Assembly (NCBI RefSeq): GCF_009914755.1 | Contig: NC_060938.1 | Reading direction: 5' to 3' (one strand) | DNA from: the human T2T-CHM13v2.0 reference genome, Homo sapiens | Length of the DNA: 64,000 nucleotides | Shown here: in pieces, positions 1 to 21,066 of the stretch | Numbering within the stretch: position 1 is the stretch's first letter | Layout of the letters: every line of letters begins with the position of its first letter | Made by a program: the position numbers and the translations under genes | Notes under the pieces: generated by a model | Seen by the model: only the letters and a program-made list of their open reading frames with translations | Told to the model about the DNA's origin: nothing | The model's database searches: none

Positions 1-489
1 GACAACTGCCAGAATATTCGTTACAGTGTGGCTTGTGGGGGTGTTAATACTAGAAAAAAATCTATCCACCACTAGGGGAATAAGTCTATGCACACAGCAC
101 CCCTCATGCAAGCACTCAGAAGTGAAAACAAGATGACTAGCATGGATGGACTCAAAAACACAATGTTGAGGAAAAAGGTTTAAAGAAAAATCACAGCATA
201 TTATATTGAAGAATTCGAAACCGCTATATAGATTTCAAAGTAACACTTGCACAAATTTACCCAAGGTGGACCGTAAAGCCACTTATATAACACACCAGAG
301 TGGCTGTCTGAAAAGGGGAGTGAAAGGGGTCTGGGAATAGGAACGAAGAGAGGAAGTGATAAAATAAACAAGGAGCCTTGCATTGGCCCACGGGGTGTCA
401 AGAACTGAGAAGGATCAACTCAATTTTGTGCACCTGAGGTTCTTTTTTTCAAAAAAAGAATGCCAGTTGCGAGGGTGAGGGTCCCACAC

Positions 490-965
490 CGCAGGAGATG
501 GCACAAGTCCGGCCAAGAACGGAGGGGGCCGCGGCCGGTGCGGAGCGGCCTAGAGCGGCGGGAGGGCGGACGCCCCTTCGAGAGCTCCTCTTTCTCTCAG
601 AAGTCACGGGGGCGAGACGGGGGCGCCAGGGCGGCGGACGAGGCACGGAGGGCAGGAAAGCCCATTCCCTACAGCCCGGAACTCCTGCTCCCAAACCTCC
701 TCCCCGACCGCCCTGCTTACCTGGCGCCAGCTCCGGGCGCGGGCCCCGCGACCGCCATGACCTGAGACCCGAGGGACTCTGGAGCCCAGCTGCCCCTAGT
801 TCAGTACTGGGTAGAGTCCGAGGAGGGGCGGGGCCCCGGCTACCACAGAGACGGCGTTTGATAGAGAGGAAGGTGCGGGAGACGCGGACTCTCCCGGAAG
901 CGACCGACGTCTCTAAAAGTACCAGAGAGTGGACTCGGCTGACCCGGCGGCTACAGCGCCCCCAT
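490..965. promoter_or_regulatory. CpG island / ABCD4 promoter and 5'UTR, possibly bidirectional
   Basis: The only CpG-dense non-Alu, non-CDS stretch in the window. Contains a GC box GGGGCGGGGC (825-834), an ETS motif CCGGAAG (894-900) and a CRE-like GACGTC (907-912). No TATA box. Confidence 0.85.
721..758 (-). CDS. ABCD4: ABCD4 exon 1 coding part (ABC transporter D4, lysosomal cobalamin export); the gene continues left out of the window
   Basis: The reverse strand reads gtcATG GCG GTC GCG GGG CCC GCG CCC GGA GCT GGC GCC AG|gtaagc = MAVAGPAPGAGA(R). This is the recognised ABCD4 N-terminus, followed by a canonical donor at 720 inside a CpG island. Synteny with VRTN fits. Confidence 0.93.
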
Positions 966-1107
966 ATTTTCTGGGAGACTTCCTTTTTGACAATAGGTAT
1001 CCGAGAGTGTAACTACTTTATGGCAAGTATTTTAGATTCTGTGTATAATAGATGTTTTACATATTCTCCCAGAGAAGCCAGCATGATCTTTAAAAAAGTA
1101 TAAATTA

Positions 1108-1503
<396 letters not shown>

Positions 1504-1831
1504 TCAAAAAAAACCCAAACAGCATGATCCCACAGGTCCCTAAATTTGAATCTGGATGTGTCTTCTCACTTTCCTCCAATCCTTATTAAGTTTCAACTGC
1601 AAGCCAAACACTCTACAACATGCATGTATCACTTGTCTTTATGAAAGTTGCAGTCTAGCTGGGTAGGTCAATCAGTTGACAATTACAGATTTTTTTTTTT
1701 TTTTTTTTTTTTTGATACGGAGTGTTGCTTTTGTTGCCCCGGCTAGAGTGCAATGGCGCGATATCGGCTCACGGCAACCTCAGCCTCCCGGACTGAAGCC
1801 ATCCTCCTGCCTCAGCCTCCCGAGTAGCTAG

Positions 1832-2581
<750 letters not shown>

Positions 2582-3066
2582 CCCCAGAACCAAAGAGAAA
2601 GGCATTTAACTCAGCATGGGGAAAAGTGGAATCTAGAAAGACTTTGAAGAGGAAATAACTTTATTCAAGTATGTCTTTCTTATTTTGAAAACCAAAAAAA
2701 TAGGATGCAATTTTTGAAAAATTAATAAGGCAACCAAAGTATTAAAGCAAGCAACGTCACCTCTCTAGGGTAATCTAGGTTTACAGATCTTGTCCCCTTT
2801 CAGTCTCAAAAATGTCCTAGTTTGGTATTCGGTGGCATTACTGTCCCAGGGTGCCTCAGCATTGTCTATTACTGTAAACTTTTAAGAAGTAGCAGGCTGG
2901 GCACGGTGGCTCACGCCTGTAATCCCAGCGCTTTTGGAGGCCGAAGCAGGCAAATCACCTGAGGTCAGGAGTTCAAGACCAGCCTGGCCAACATGACAAA
3001 ATCCCGTCTTTACTAAAAGTACAAAAATTAGCCAGGTGTGGTGGCGGGTGCATGTAATCCCAGCTA

Positions 3067-3213
<147 letters not shown>

Positions 3214-3498
3214 TTACCAGTGAGCAAGCGGGAGGCTACTGGAGTGCAGCAGAGCAGAGTAATGCCCAAATCAAAGGAACTTACTTCTTCAAGCTCTTCT
3301 GGCAGCGGTTCTGACAGTGATGTTGACAAAAAGTTAAAGAGGAAAAAGCAGGTTGCTCCAGAAAGACCTGTAAAGAAGCAAAAGACTGGTGAAACTTGAA
3401 GAGCTCTATCATCTTCCAAAGAGAACAGCAGCAGCAGCACAGATGATAACATGATGTTTCAGGTTAGGAAAATGAGGTACATTAGTGTTTGGGATTTT

Positions 3499-3799
<301 letters not shown>

Positions 3800-3903
3800 T
3801 GATATTAAATAATATTGGATGGATCCAGAAGGTGAAATGAAACCAGGAAGAGAAGGTATTTCTTTGAATTTGGAGCAAAGAAGCCAGCTGAAGGAACAGA
3901 TTT

Positions 3904-3987
3904 TTTAAAATTTAAATTTAAAGATTATATATATATAATATATGTAAAAATATATATGTAAAATATATATATGTAAAAATATACATA

Positions 3988-4020
<33 letters not shown>

Positions 4021-4317
4021 GAGACAGAGTCTTGCTCTGTTGCCCATGCTGGAGTGCAGTGGTGGGATCACAGCTGACCGCAGCCTCCATCTCCTGGGCT
4101 CAAGTGATCCACCTCAGCCTCCTTAGTAGCTGGGACTGTAGGTGCTGGCATCACACACAGCTAATTAAAAAAAATTTTTTTTGTAGAGAAGGCAGGGGTT
4201 GGGGGGAGGTGTCTCACTGTGTTGTCCAGGCTAGTCTTAAATTCCTAGGCTCAAGTGATCCTCCACCTTTGCCTCCCTAAGTGCTAGGATTACAGATGTG
4301 AGCCACTGCACCTGGCC
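3904..4317 (-). mobile_element. Old (AluJ-like) Alu with a TA-rich expanded tail, inserted in the SUB1 pseudogene CDS
   Basis: Flanked by GAACAGATTT at about 3894-3903 and 4320-4329. TA-rich low-complexity tract at 3925-4003. Confidence 0.85.
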
Positions 4318-4969
4318 AAGAACAGATTTCTGATACTGATGATGCAGTTAAGAAAACTGTGAAATTCAAGCCATATAAAACCTATACTGTTCTAGTGTAG
4401 TTGGTTTGTGTGTGTGTGTGTGTGTGTGTCTGTGTATGTGTGGTTTTTTTTTTTTTTTTTGACAGGTTCTTGCTCTGTGGTCCAGGTAGAGTGCAGTGGG
4501 ATAATAATCACAGCTCACTGCAGTCTCCAACTCCTCCCACCTCAATCTCCTGAGTAGCTGGGGCTACAGGTATGCGCCAACATGCCTAGCTAATTTTTAA
4601 GTTTTTTTTTTTTTTTAAATAGAGATGAGGTCTCACTATATTGCCCAGGCTGGTCTAGAACTCCTGAGCTCAAGCGATGCTTCTGCCTCAGCCTCCCAAA
4701 GTGTTAGGATTACAGGGCGGAGCCACCGCTCCTGGCCTCTAGTTGTTTTAATCTGTCTTTTTACATTGGCTTTTGTTTTCTAAATATTGTCCTCCAAGCT
4801 ATTGTATGTTTAGATTGCAGAACAACTTGTAAAATGAATACTTGTTTTAATGTGCGTTATTTAAAATGTTCTGAGTGAAGCTAATTGTCAACTTTATAAG
4901 GAGAATTGCTCTGTGCCCACCACTTAGTATACAATAAATCAAGTAATACATTCTTAACTGTTGTGGCCC

Positions 4970-5263
4970 TTTTTTTTTTTTTTTTTTTTTTTTTGAGATG
5001 GAGTTTCACTCTTGTTGCCCAGGCTGGATTGGGGCTCACTGCAACCCCTGCCTCCCAAGTTCAAGTGATTCTCCTGCCTCAGCCTCCTGGGTAGTTGGAT
5101 TATAGGCACCCGCCACCACGCCCGGCTAATTTTTTGTATTTTTAGTAGAGATGGAGTTTCAGCATGTTGGCTAGCCTGGTCTCAAACTCCTTACCTCAGT
5201 TGATCCACGCGCCTCCACCTCCCCAAGTGCTGAGATTACAGGCGTGAGCCACTGCTCCTGGCC
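4970..5263 (-). mobile_element. Alu inserted in the SUB1 pseudogene 3'UTR
   Basis: TSD CTGTTGTGGCC at 4958-4968 and 5264-5274. Confidence 0.9.
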
Positions 5264-5520
5264 CTGTTGTGGCCTTTTTTGATCATGAGAGTTGGTGCTC
5301 TTGAAGGCCAAAAATGACAGTTTTTTATAGATCTTTTAATTTCAATTCAGCTTTCACAATAAAAAAGAGTGTATTGCATTGAACAAAAAAAGTATTACAC
5401 CAATACTAAACTTGATGTAAAATGTGATCTCAACTATGAAAATATATATAGATGTAAATATCTGCATAGAAAAATCATAATGAAGCATAGCAAAAGGCCA
5501 TATATCATATTGGTTGTTAA

Positions 5521-5679
<159 letters not shown>

Positions 5680-6223
5680 TAGCCTCCCAAGCAGCTGGGA
5701 CTACAGGCGTCCACCAGCACGCCTGGCTAATTTTTGTATTTTTAGTAGAGACAGGGTTTCACCATATTGGCCAGGCTGGTCTCGAACTCCTGATCTTGTG
5801 ATCTACCTGCCTCAGCCTCCCAAAGTGCTGGGATTACAGGTGTAAGCCACCGGGTTTAGAGCCAACTTAAAATTAGTTCAAATTTCTAATTAGCTCATAA
5901 CTGTGATCGATGTTTTCTTTTTATTTTATTTTTTTCTTTTCTAGGTTTTTAAAAAATTCACAATCCACTTGGGCACAGTGGCTCACACCTGTGGTCTCAG
6001 AACTTTGGGAGGCCAAGGCCAGAGGTTTGCTTGAGCCCAGGAGTTCAAGACCAGCCTGGGCAACATAGCTAGACCCCCATCTCTACAAAAAAAGAAAAAA
6101 ATTGGGATCCAAATAAGGTCTACACATTGCAATTGATCATATGTCATTTAACACTCTTTTAGTTTATAGGTTCCTCTTCTACCCCTTTAGACCAGCTACT
6201 ATTATCTCATTTTCATGTCCTTC

Positions 6224-7324
<1,101 letters not shown>

Positions 7325-8069
7325 AAGTGATTCTTGTGCTGTTTGTTGAACAAAGATAAACAAGACAATCCCTAACCTCAAAAAACACACAGTGAGGCTA
7401 GGGCTCACTGCAGCCTCAACAACGGAGGCTAAGGCAGGAGGATTGCTTGAGCCCAGGAGTTAGAGGCTGCACTGAGCTATGATCATGCCACTGCACTCCA
7501 GCCTGGGCAACACAGCGAGACCTCGTTTCTAAAAGTAAATAAATAAAATTTTAAAAAACCCACAGGTCACTGTCTCTGCTTATACTGTTTTCTAATGGGA
7601 CCAAACTTCCCTTATTTCAGCTCCTAGAGTCCTGTGCTACTTCCTCACTCTTATACATAGATAAAGGGAAGACAAATTGATGTTTTTTTTAAAAAAGGAA
7701 AATAATTTGGTAATAACTGTCAAATTTTAGATGATGCCGTAGTTTCATTTCCAGGAATTCTCTTATAAATATATTTACCCAAAAGCACAAAGGACAAAGG
7801 GTCAATCACAAGGATGTTTCTACAGCATAGAAGGTAATAGCAAAATCCTAGAAGCAACCAGAATGCTTATCAAAGGAGGAGCAGTTAAACAAAATATGAC
7901 ACCCTCACTGTGTAGAATATATTTTGCAGCTATTAATAAGAAGGAGATGGCCGGGTGCCATGGCTCACGCCTGTAATCCCAGCACTTTCGGAGGCTGAGG
8001 CGGGTGGATCACCTGAGGTTGGGAGTTCGAGACCAGCCTGACCAACATGGAGAAACCCCGTCTCTACTA

Positions 8070-8228
<159 letters not shown>

Positions 8229-8390
8229 TCAAAAAAAAAAAAAAAAAAAGGAGAAGTAGCATTGCCATAGTGATTCAGAACATGGACCTCAGAGCCGGAT
8301 TGCATGGGTTCAAATCCCCACTCTATCACTTGGTATTTGTGTGACCTTGGGGGCATGCTGCCTCTGTTTTTTTTTTTTTTTTTTTTTTAA

Positions 8391-8603
<213 letters not shown>

Positions 8604-9319
8604 TGAAGTGATCCGCCCACCTTGGCCTCCCGAAGTGGTGGGATTACAGGCATGAACCACTGCACCCGGTGAGGTTTTTAAATTTTTCTTTAAAAAAAAT
8701 TTGGGGGGGTAAAGACAGGGCCTCACTATGTTGCCTAGGCTGTCGAACTCCTGGCCTCAAGCGTTCCTCCTGCCTTGACCTCCAAAAGTGGTGGGATTAC
8801 AGGCATGAGCCACTGCACCTAGCCTCAGTTTTTTAAAATCTGTAAATGAGGGTAATAATAGTTTCCACATCAGAGGGTTGTTTCGAGGAATAAACAAGTT
8901 AATAGATATTAAGACTTAAACATTACCTGGCAATAATAAGAGCTGAATGTGACATTAATATTAAACATTGAACAATGTCCATGCCCTATTGTTTCATTTA
9001 ATCAACTAGTTTTTTAATTGAAAAATTGAAAAGCATGTGGTTAAAAAAAATTTTGCAAAAGATGATAGGGCATATAATAAAAAATAAGTTTGTCTTCCAC
9101 CCCAGAGCCAAGCTGTTCACAGCTTCTTAGGAATCTTTCCCGAAATGTTTTATATATATGCAAACTTATATGTATTAATATATTTCACACATACCCACAC
9201 TCAAACACAAATACTCCTTTTCCTTTTAAACACTCTGCCTTGCAGCTTGCATTTTTTTTTTTTTTTCTCTTTGAGACAGACTCTCATTCTGTTGTCCAAG
9301 CTGGAGTGCAGTGGCGTGA

Positions 9320-9565
<246 letters not shown>

Positions 9566-9622
9566 TAATATATCTTGGAAGTTGTTCCATATCAGCATAT
9601 ACAGACTTTTTTTTTTTTTTGA

Positions 9623-9727
<105 letters not shown>

Positions 9728-9770
9728 TGAGTAGCTGGTATTACAGGCATCCGCCACCATGCCTGGATAA

Positions 9771-9950
<180 letters not shown>

Positions 9951-11854
9951 TGACAAACCCATTGTCAAATTGTGCCATCATAAGTCAGGGACTGTCTCTA
10001 CAGAGGAACTATATATCTAGTTTCCTATTGACAGACATTTTAGTGGGTTATAGTCTCTTGCTATTACATATAATGCTGCAATTAACATCTTTGGATATAT
10101 CCCAAATATAGCTAAGTTTAAAAGAAGATAGGCTCCATATTTTGTTTTTTAAAAGCATGTTTGTGTGTGCATAACTGTGCACCCACTGAAGTTGATTGCA
10201 ATCTGTAGGAATTCAGAATGCAAGGATTGGAGAGAGCAAAAGGCAGTTTGACTAAAGAGCCCATATGCTTAAGTGTTTTGTTTTTTAATCTCTCTTTTTT
10301 TTCAAGAGAAAGTCTCACTCTGTAGTCCAGGCTGGAGTGCAGTGATGTAGTTTTGGTTCACTGCAGCCTCGACCTCCCAGGCTCGAGTGATCCTTCCACC
10401 TCAGCCTCCCGAGTAGCTGGGACTACAGGCACATGCCACCACACCCAGCTGATTTTTGTATTTTTTGTAGAGACGGGGTTTCACCATGTTGCCCAGGCTG
10501 GTCTCAAACTCCTGGGCTGAAGTGATCTGCCTTCTTCACTCTCCCTAAGCGCTGGGGTTACAAGCACGCACCACCGCACCTGGCCTGTGTTTTTTTTTTT
10601 TTTTTTTGAGGCAGAGTCTCGCTCTGGCGCCCAGGCTGGAGTACAGTGGCTCACTGCAACCTTCGCCTCCCAGGTTCAAGTTATTCTCCTGTCTCAGCCT
10701 CCTGAGTAGCTGGGATTACAGGCTCACTCCACCACGCCTGGCTAAGTTTTATATTTTTAGTAGGGACAGGGTTCCACCATGTTGGTCAGGCTGGTCTCGA
10801 ACTCCTGACCTCATGATCCACCTGCCTCGGCCTCCCAAAGTGCTGGGATTACAGGCATGCGCCGCTGCGCCTGGCCTGTGTTTTGTTTTTTAAAATGTTA
10901 CCTATACAATAAATTTTTTTCAGAGATTATACCCTAAAAGAGAAGCAATCATTTTATCTTCTGGTCCTCCAAGCTCTTGGTTCACACCTCAGTTATAGAC
11001 AGAGTTGGACCTGTCTGTTTCCCTTGCTAGCCAAGGAGCTTGCCTAGTCAACCTCCAATACCCAGCCCAGCGCCTGGCACATAGAAGGTGTTCACTAAAC
11101 ACTTCTGTGATGAATGAAGCTACTCCTCTGACCTAGGTTTCCCTGTATATAAAATTAGAATGATAAAGCGACCCACATCTAATGGCCATCCTAAGAAATT
11201 CCTGAGCAAAAAAAAAGAAATTCCTGAGCAATGTGAAAGTTCTTAAAAAAAATGAAAGTTTGTTAAAATACTCAAGAATAGCTGCTTAATCTAAAATTTA
11301 TCCTGTGGGCTGACCAGGTCAAAATGTCTGCAGTGTAGCTGGTTCAAAGGACGGTGACATCTTCCCCAAGTGAGAACAGCCTATTAAATTTGTGAGCAGG
11401 AGGGACAGAGTTGTCAGCTGAGCAGAGCCCTGCTGTCACGTCCTCTAGATCTGAAACCATCTTGGCCTCTTTCCACCCTGGAATCATTTTGGAAAGATTA
11501 AGGCCCCTGCAAGTCTGTTAAAAAGTTGGAGCCTTGGCTGGGCGTGGTGGCTCATACCTGTAATTCCAGCACTTTGGTAAGCTGAGACAGGAAGATTGCT
11601 TGAGCTCAGGAGTTGGAGACCAGCCTAGGCAACATGGCAAGACCTCATTGCTACAAAACAAAAACAAAAATTAGCTGGGTGTGGTGGTGCAAGCTGTAGT
11701 CTCAGATGCTTGGGAAGCTGAGATCGTGCCACTGCACTCCAACCTGGGCAACAGAGCGAGACACTGTCTCAAAAACAAAAAACGAAAAACAGCTGGAGCC
11801 TTTATATTAGATATCACCAAAGGACTCCCCAACCATAGAGTAATCTTAGAGTAT

Positions 11855-13027
<1,173 letters not shown>

Positions 13028-13552
13028 GTATTAAGGAGATGGCAGTGATACTTCTTTTTTTTTGAAATTGAGACGGAGTCTCACTCTGTCGCCCAGGCTG
13101 GCTTGTAGTGGTGTGATCTTGGCTCACTGCAACCTCCACCTCCCAGATTCATGCGAGTCTTGTGCCTCAGCCTCCTGAGTAGTTGGTATAACAAGCATGA
13201 GCCACCGCAACCAGCAACAGTGATAATTCGTTCAACATTCAGTAATTATTGACCAGGCCGGGTGTGGTGGCCATGCCTATAATCCCAGTGCTTTGGGATG
13301 CCGAGGCGGGAGGACTGCTTGAGGCCAAGAGTTTGAGATCAGCCTGGGCAACATAGCATGACCCTGTCTCTACAAAACAATACAACAAAAAAGCAAACAA
13401 AAAGCATTTACTGAGTAACTACTCTGTATGTGCCAGGCATAGGTGCTGGAGATATAGCAGTTTCAAGACAAAGTATCTGCCTTCACAGACCTTAGGCAAA
13501 TACAAAACAATATTAAATATAAATCAGATAGCGCTAAGAAAACTACAGTGGG

Positions 13553-13980
13553 TGTCACAAGTAGGGTCCACTGGATCCACACCCTGAGACAATGCTTATC
13601 ATGCTCAATGACTATAGAGATTGCATATTGGTAGGGAGATGAAGGAAGCATGATTGGGCAGAGGGAGGAATCAAGCTGAGAGGTAGGCCCTACTACAGCC
13701 TCAGCCGACCCCATGGGGAGCACCAGAGTGGACATGGCCCATCTCAGTTGCTTCCTGTTGGGCCACAGTGGCCCTCCTTTCTACCCCACCCCAATCAGTC
13801 ACTGGGTGTGGGATATCTTGCAAAGGGCGTAAACTCAGGCAAATTCTCTCTTGTAGCTGAGGCAATTCTCAAAGGAGCTGATAGCTGAAGGCTGTCTGCT
13901 TACGGCACTCCCAGCAGCTGGGGCAACAAGTCCTGCCTTGAAAGGGAATCTGGGCAGGGGGTCAACATGTCCATCACCCA
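13553..13980 (-). mobile_element. LTR16-family (ERVL) LTR inserted in an L2 relic
   Basis: GGGCAGAGGGAGG...GCCTCAGCCGACCCCATGGGGAGC...CCCAGCAGCTGGGGCAACAAGTCC resembles recalled LTR16 in reverse. Boundaries approximate. Confidence 0.65.
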
Positions 13981-14136
13981 GCATATGGGGAGAGAGGATG
14001 ATGGTGGAGGTGCTTCTTGGGATAGGGTGGTCAGGGAAGGACTCTCCGAGGAGGTTTTAAAGAACCTAAATGAGGCTGGGTGTGGTGGTTTACACCTGTA
14101 ATGCCAGCACTTTGGGAGGCTGAGGTGGGTGGGTCA

Positions 14137-14712
<576 letters not shown>

Positions 14713-15138
14713 TGATCCGCCCGTCTCGGCCTCCCAAAGTGCTGGGATTACAGGTGTGAGTCACCGCCCGGCAAGGAGGGATTATTCTTGGGATGTTCAA
14801 GGAAGAGCAAAGAAGCCAGCATGGCCAGAGTGCAATGAACAAGGGGAGAGTGATAGGAAATGCACAAGGGCCAGGTCATGTAGAGTCTTGCACACTATCA
14901 TAAAAAATTTGAATCTTTATTGTTACAGGAAGCCATTGGAGGGTTAAAAACAGAAGAGTGACAAAATTTGGTGGATGATTTAAAAGGATCACCCTGGATG
15001 CTGCTGTATGGAGAGCTAGAATGGAGTTAGGGAAATCAGATAGGAAGCTATTCTGGTATTTCAGGTGAGAGAGTCATGGTTGGGACTATAGAAAGGGACA
15101 GGTTGGTGGGGACTATAGAATGGTACAGAGCTGTAGAG

Positions 15139-16006
<868 letters not shown>

Positions 16007-16490
16007 GTCTCGGCTCACTGCCATCTCCACCTCCCAGGTTCAAGGGATTCTCCTGCCTCAGCCTCCTGAATAGCTGGGATTACAGGCATGTGCCACCACG
16101 CCTGGCTAATTTTTTTTTTTTTTCGGAGACAGAGTTTCGCTCTTTGTTGCCCAGGCTGGAGCGCAATGGCGTGATCTCGGCTCACCGCAACCTCCGCCTC
16201 CTGGATTCAAGTGATTCTCCTGCCTCAGCCTCCCGAGTAGCTGAGATTACAAGCATGCGCCACCACGCCCGGCTATTTTTGTATTTTTAGTGGAGGTGGG
16301 GGTTTCTCCATGTTGGTCAGGCTGTTCTTGAACTCCCAACCTCAGGTGATCCGCCTGCCTCGGCCTCCCAAAGCGCTGGGATTACAGGTGTGAGCCACCA
16401 CGCAAGGCCCCGGCTAATTTTTGTATTTTTAGTAGAGAAGGCGTTTCACCATGCTGGCCAGGCTGGTCTCGGACTCCTGACCTCAGGTGA

Positions 16491-16772
<282 letters not shown>

Positions 16773-17002
16773 TGAACTCCTGACCTCAAGTGATCGACCT
16801 GCCTCGGCCTCCCAAAGTGCTGGGATTACAGGCATGAGCCACTGTGCCTGGTCTCGGGATTTTTTTTTGTTGTTTGTTTGTTTTGAGATGGGGTCTCACT
16901 CTGTCACCCAGACTGGAGTGCAGTGGCTCGACCTTGGCTCACCACACTGAAACCTCCGCCTCCCAGGCTCAAGCGATTCTCCTGCCTTGGCCTCCAGAGT
17001 AG

Positions 17003-17194
<192 letters not shown>

Positions 17195-17290
17195 TAGTAT
17201 TTTGACAATAGAGACAATCAGATTTGGGTTTGGATGTGGTGAATGAGAGAAAAAGGAATCAAGTGTGGTTCTGCAGCTCATCCAAATGGC

Positions 17291-17320
17291 CCTCTGCTCT
17301 ACCAACTGAGCTATCAAAGA
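17291..17320 (-). pseudogene. Retroposed 5' fragment (nt 1-30) of tRNA-Tyr; not a functional tRNA gene
   Basis: Reverse complement TCTTTGATAGCTCAGTTGGTAGAGCAGAGG versus recalled tRNA-Tyr(GTA) CCTTCGATAGCTCAGTTGGTAGAGCGGAGG: 27/30 identical, two differences being CpG transitions. No anticodon, T-arm or B box follows. Confidence 0.8.
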
Positions 17321-17980
17321 CCCCGCTTCAAGTGCAACTTTAAGGCTTTGGACTGAGCAACTGAGTGAATGATGGTACCATTTACTGGGGTTGGGAGTTA
17401 TGGGGAAAGAACAGATTATGTGTGAGGAACAGGTGGTAAATCAAGAGTTTGTTTATGGACAGGTTAAATTTGAGATGCCTGTTGGACACCCAGTGGTGAT
17501 GTTACATAAGCAATTGGCTGTTTGAGTCTGGAAGTTAGGGAAGATGTCTGAGCTGGAGCCATAAATGTGGAAATCATCAGAAGAAAGGTGGGGTTTTAAA
17601 TGAGTAGATTGCAAGAGATCACCTAAGGGTTGACTGTAGATTGAGAAGAAAAGAGGTCAGAGGACTGTGCCTTCTGGGAGTCCAACATCTAGTAGTAAAG
17701 AGCCAGCAAAGGAGATGGAGAAGGAGCAGCCAGGGAGGTAGGAGAACTGGACAAATGTGTTGTCCTGAAAGCCAAAGAATATGAGTGCTTCAAGAAGCAA
17801 GCCCTGGCTGGGCACGGTGGCTCATGCCTGTAATCCCAGCACTTTGGGAGGTGGAGGCGGGAGGATTGCTTGAGACCAGCTCAGGCAACATAGTGAGACC
17901 TCCCTCTTTACAAAAAAATAAAAATAAAAAAATTAGCTGGGCATAGTGGCATGCTCCTATACTCCTAGCTGCTCCCACTA

Positions 17981-18305
<325 letters not shown>

Positions 18306-18339
18306 TAGCCAGGATGGTCTCGATCTCCTGACCTTGTGA

Positions 18340-18644
<305 letters not shown>

Positions 18645-18752
18645 TGACCTCATGATCCACCTGCCTTGGCCTCCCAAAGTGCTGGGATTACAAGCGTGAG
18701 CCATTGCCTGGCCAGATCCCATCTCTTTAAAAAAAAAAAAAAAAAAAAAAAA

Positions 18753-18773
18753 GCAGCAGCAGCAGCAGCAGCA
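18753..18773 (+). repeat. (GCA/CAG)7 microsatellite at the end of an Alu poly(A) tail
   Basis: GCAGCAGCAGCAGCAGCAGCA directly after an A-run. Confidence 0.9.
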
Positions 18774-19267
18774 AGGGTGGATCAACTGTGTCAAATGTTC
18801 CTGAAAGGCTGTGGATAAGGATTGAGAATTGCCCACTGGAAATGCATATAAAGTTTATCAGTGGCCTTGACAAGAGCAGGTTCCATGGAGTGGGTTCAGG
18901 AGAAACAGGAAGGTGAGAAAATAGAAATGGGAATTACACACAATTCTTTCAAAGAGTTGTGCCACAAATGGGGACAAGTAATGTGTCAGTAATAAGAGGA
19001 GGATCCAGGATCAAGGATGGAAAGCTGTTACAACACATTTGTAGGCTGCAGGGAAGGTGTAGAAAAGAGAGGAAAATTGTTGATGTTAACCTCTATTGAA
19101 TACTTACTAAGTAGGAGCTGCATGAGGCATTTTGTATGATTATTTCCTTTAACCTGCACACCCAACCAATGAGGAAGAGAATATGATCATCCCGATTTCA
19201 CAGAACGCAAAACTGAGGCATGGAAAGGATGGGGTGGGGTACATGGACGTGGTCATAGGGCTAGTAA

Positions 19268-19462
<195 letters not shown>

Positions 19463-19689
19463 TAGCTGGGATTACAGGCATGCGCCACCATGCCCGCTAA
19501 TTTTTGTATTTTTAGTAGAGGCGGGGTTTCCCCATGTTGGCCAGGCTGGTCTCGAACTCCTGACCTCAGGTGATTCACTTGCCTCAGCCTCCCAAAATGT
19601 TGGGATTACAGGCGTGAGCCACCGTGCCCAGCTTTTCATTTGCATTTTTAAAATGTATTTTTATTTTATTATTTATTTATTTATTTTGA

Positions 19690-19794
<105 letters not shown>

Positions 19795-20799
19795 TGAGTA
19801 GCTGAGACTACAGGTGTGTGCCACCACACCCAGCTAATTTTTTGTATTCTGTTTTTTAGTAGAGACGGGGTTTCACCATGTTGGCCAGGATGGTCTCGAT
19901 CTCTTGACCTCATGATCCACCTGCCTTGGCCTCCCAAAGTGCTGGGATTACAGGCGTGAGCCACCGTGCCCGGCTCCCCATATTTTTTTTTTTTTGAGAC
20001 AGGGTCTCACTCTGTTGCCCATGCTGGAGTATAGTGGCACAGTCATGGCTCACTGTAACCTCTTGCCTCCTGGAGCTCAAGCAATCCTCTCACCTCAGCC
20101 TCTTGAGTAGCTGGGACCACAGGAGTGCACCATCAGGTCCAGCTAATTTTTATATTTTTTATAGAGATGGGGTCTCACTGTGTTGCCCAGACAGATCTTG
20201 AACTCCTGGGCTCGAGTGATTGTCCCTCCTCAGCCTCCCAAAATGTTGGGATTACAGGCATGAGCCACTGCACCTGGCCTATTTAAATTCATTTCTTATT
20301 GCAAATTGTAACCACTGTCTAAAATTTATATCTATTATCGTTTGTTCTCCCCTTGGTAGGAAAACACAATTATTGGCCTTTCAAGACTCCACTGAAGCAT
20401 ATCCCCTGAAATTTGCAACTGACTGCTCCCACCCTGTCCCTCTGCTTCTGAAGCAAATCCTGTCATAGCCCCTATGGAACTGTCCAACCCAACACCCCCT
20501 GTATTCCTATTGTGTCTGTTTTCTTGTCAATGTCCTGCAGTGGAACAGAAGCTCCTCAAAGTCTCCGGTTGCCTCCAATTCTCCTTTCTATCCCTAGCTG
20601 GCAGGACAAGCCTTCAAACAATAAATATCTGTCAGGAGTTTTATGGATGGATGAGTGAATGAACTTAAAAAGCATACTAGGGACCGGGCACAGTGGCTCA
20701 CGCCTGTAATCCCAGCACCTTGAGAGGCCAAGGTGGGCAGATCACCTGAGGTCAGGAGTTTGAGACCAGCCTGGCCAAAATGGTGAAACCCTGTCTCTA

Positions 20800-21066
<267 letters not shown>

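Noticed and set aside
498-1103. 201-aa + strand ORF across the CpG island
   Set aside because: GC-rich and stop-poor, antisense to ABCD4 exon 1, with no recognisable domain.
17291-17320. Functional tRNA-Tyr gene
   Set aside because: Only the first 30 nt (A box region) are present; there is no anticodon arm, T-arm/B box or 3' acceptor strand.
18753-18773. Disease-type polyQ CAG repeat
   Set aside because: Only seven units, non-coding, in an Alu tail.
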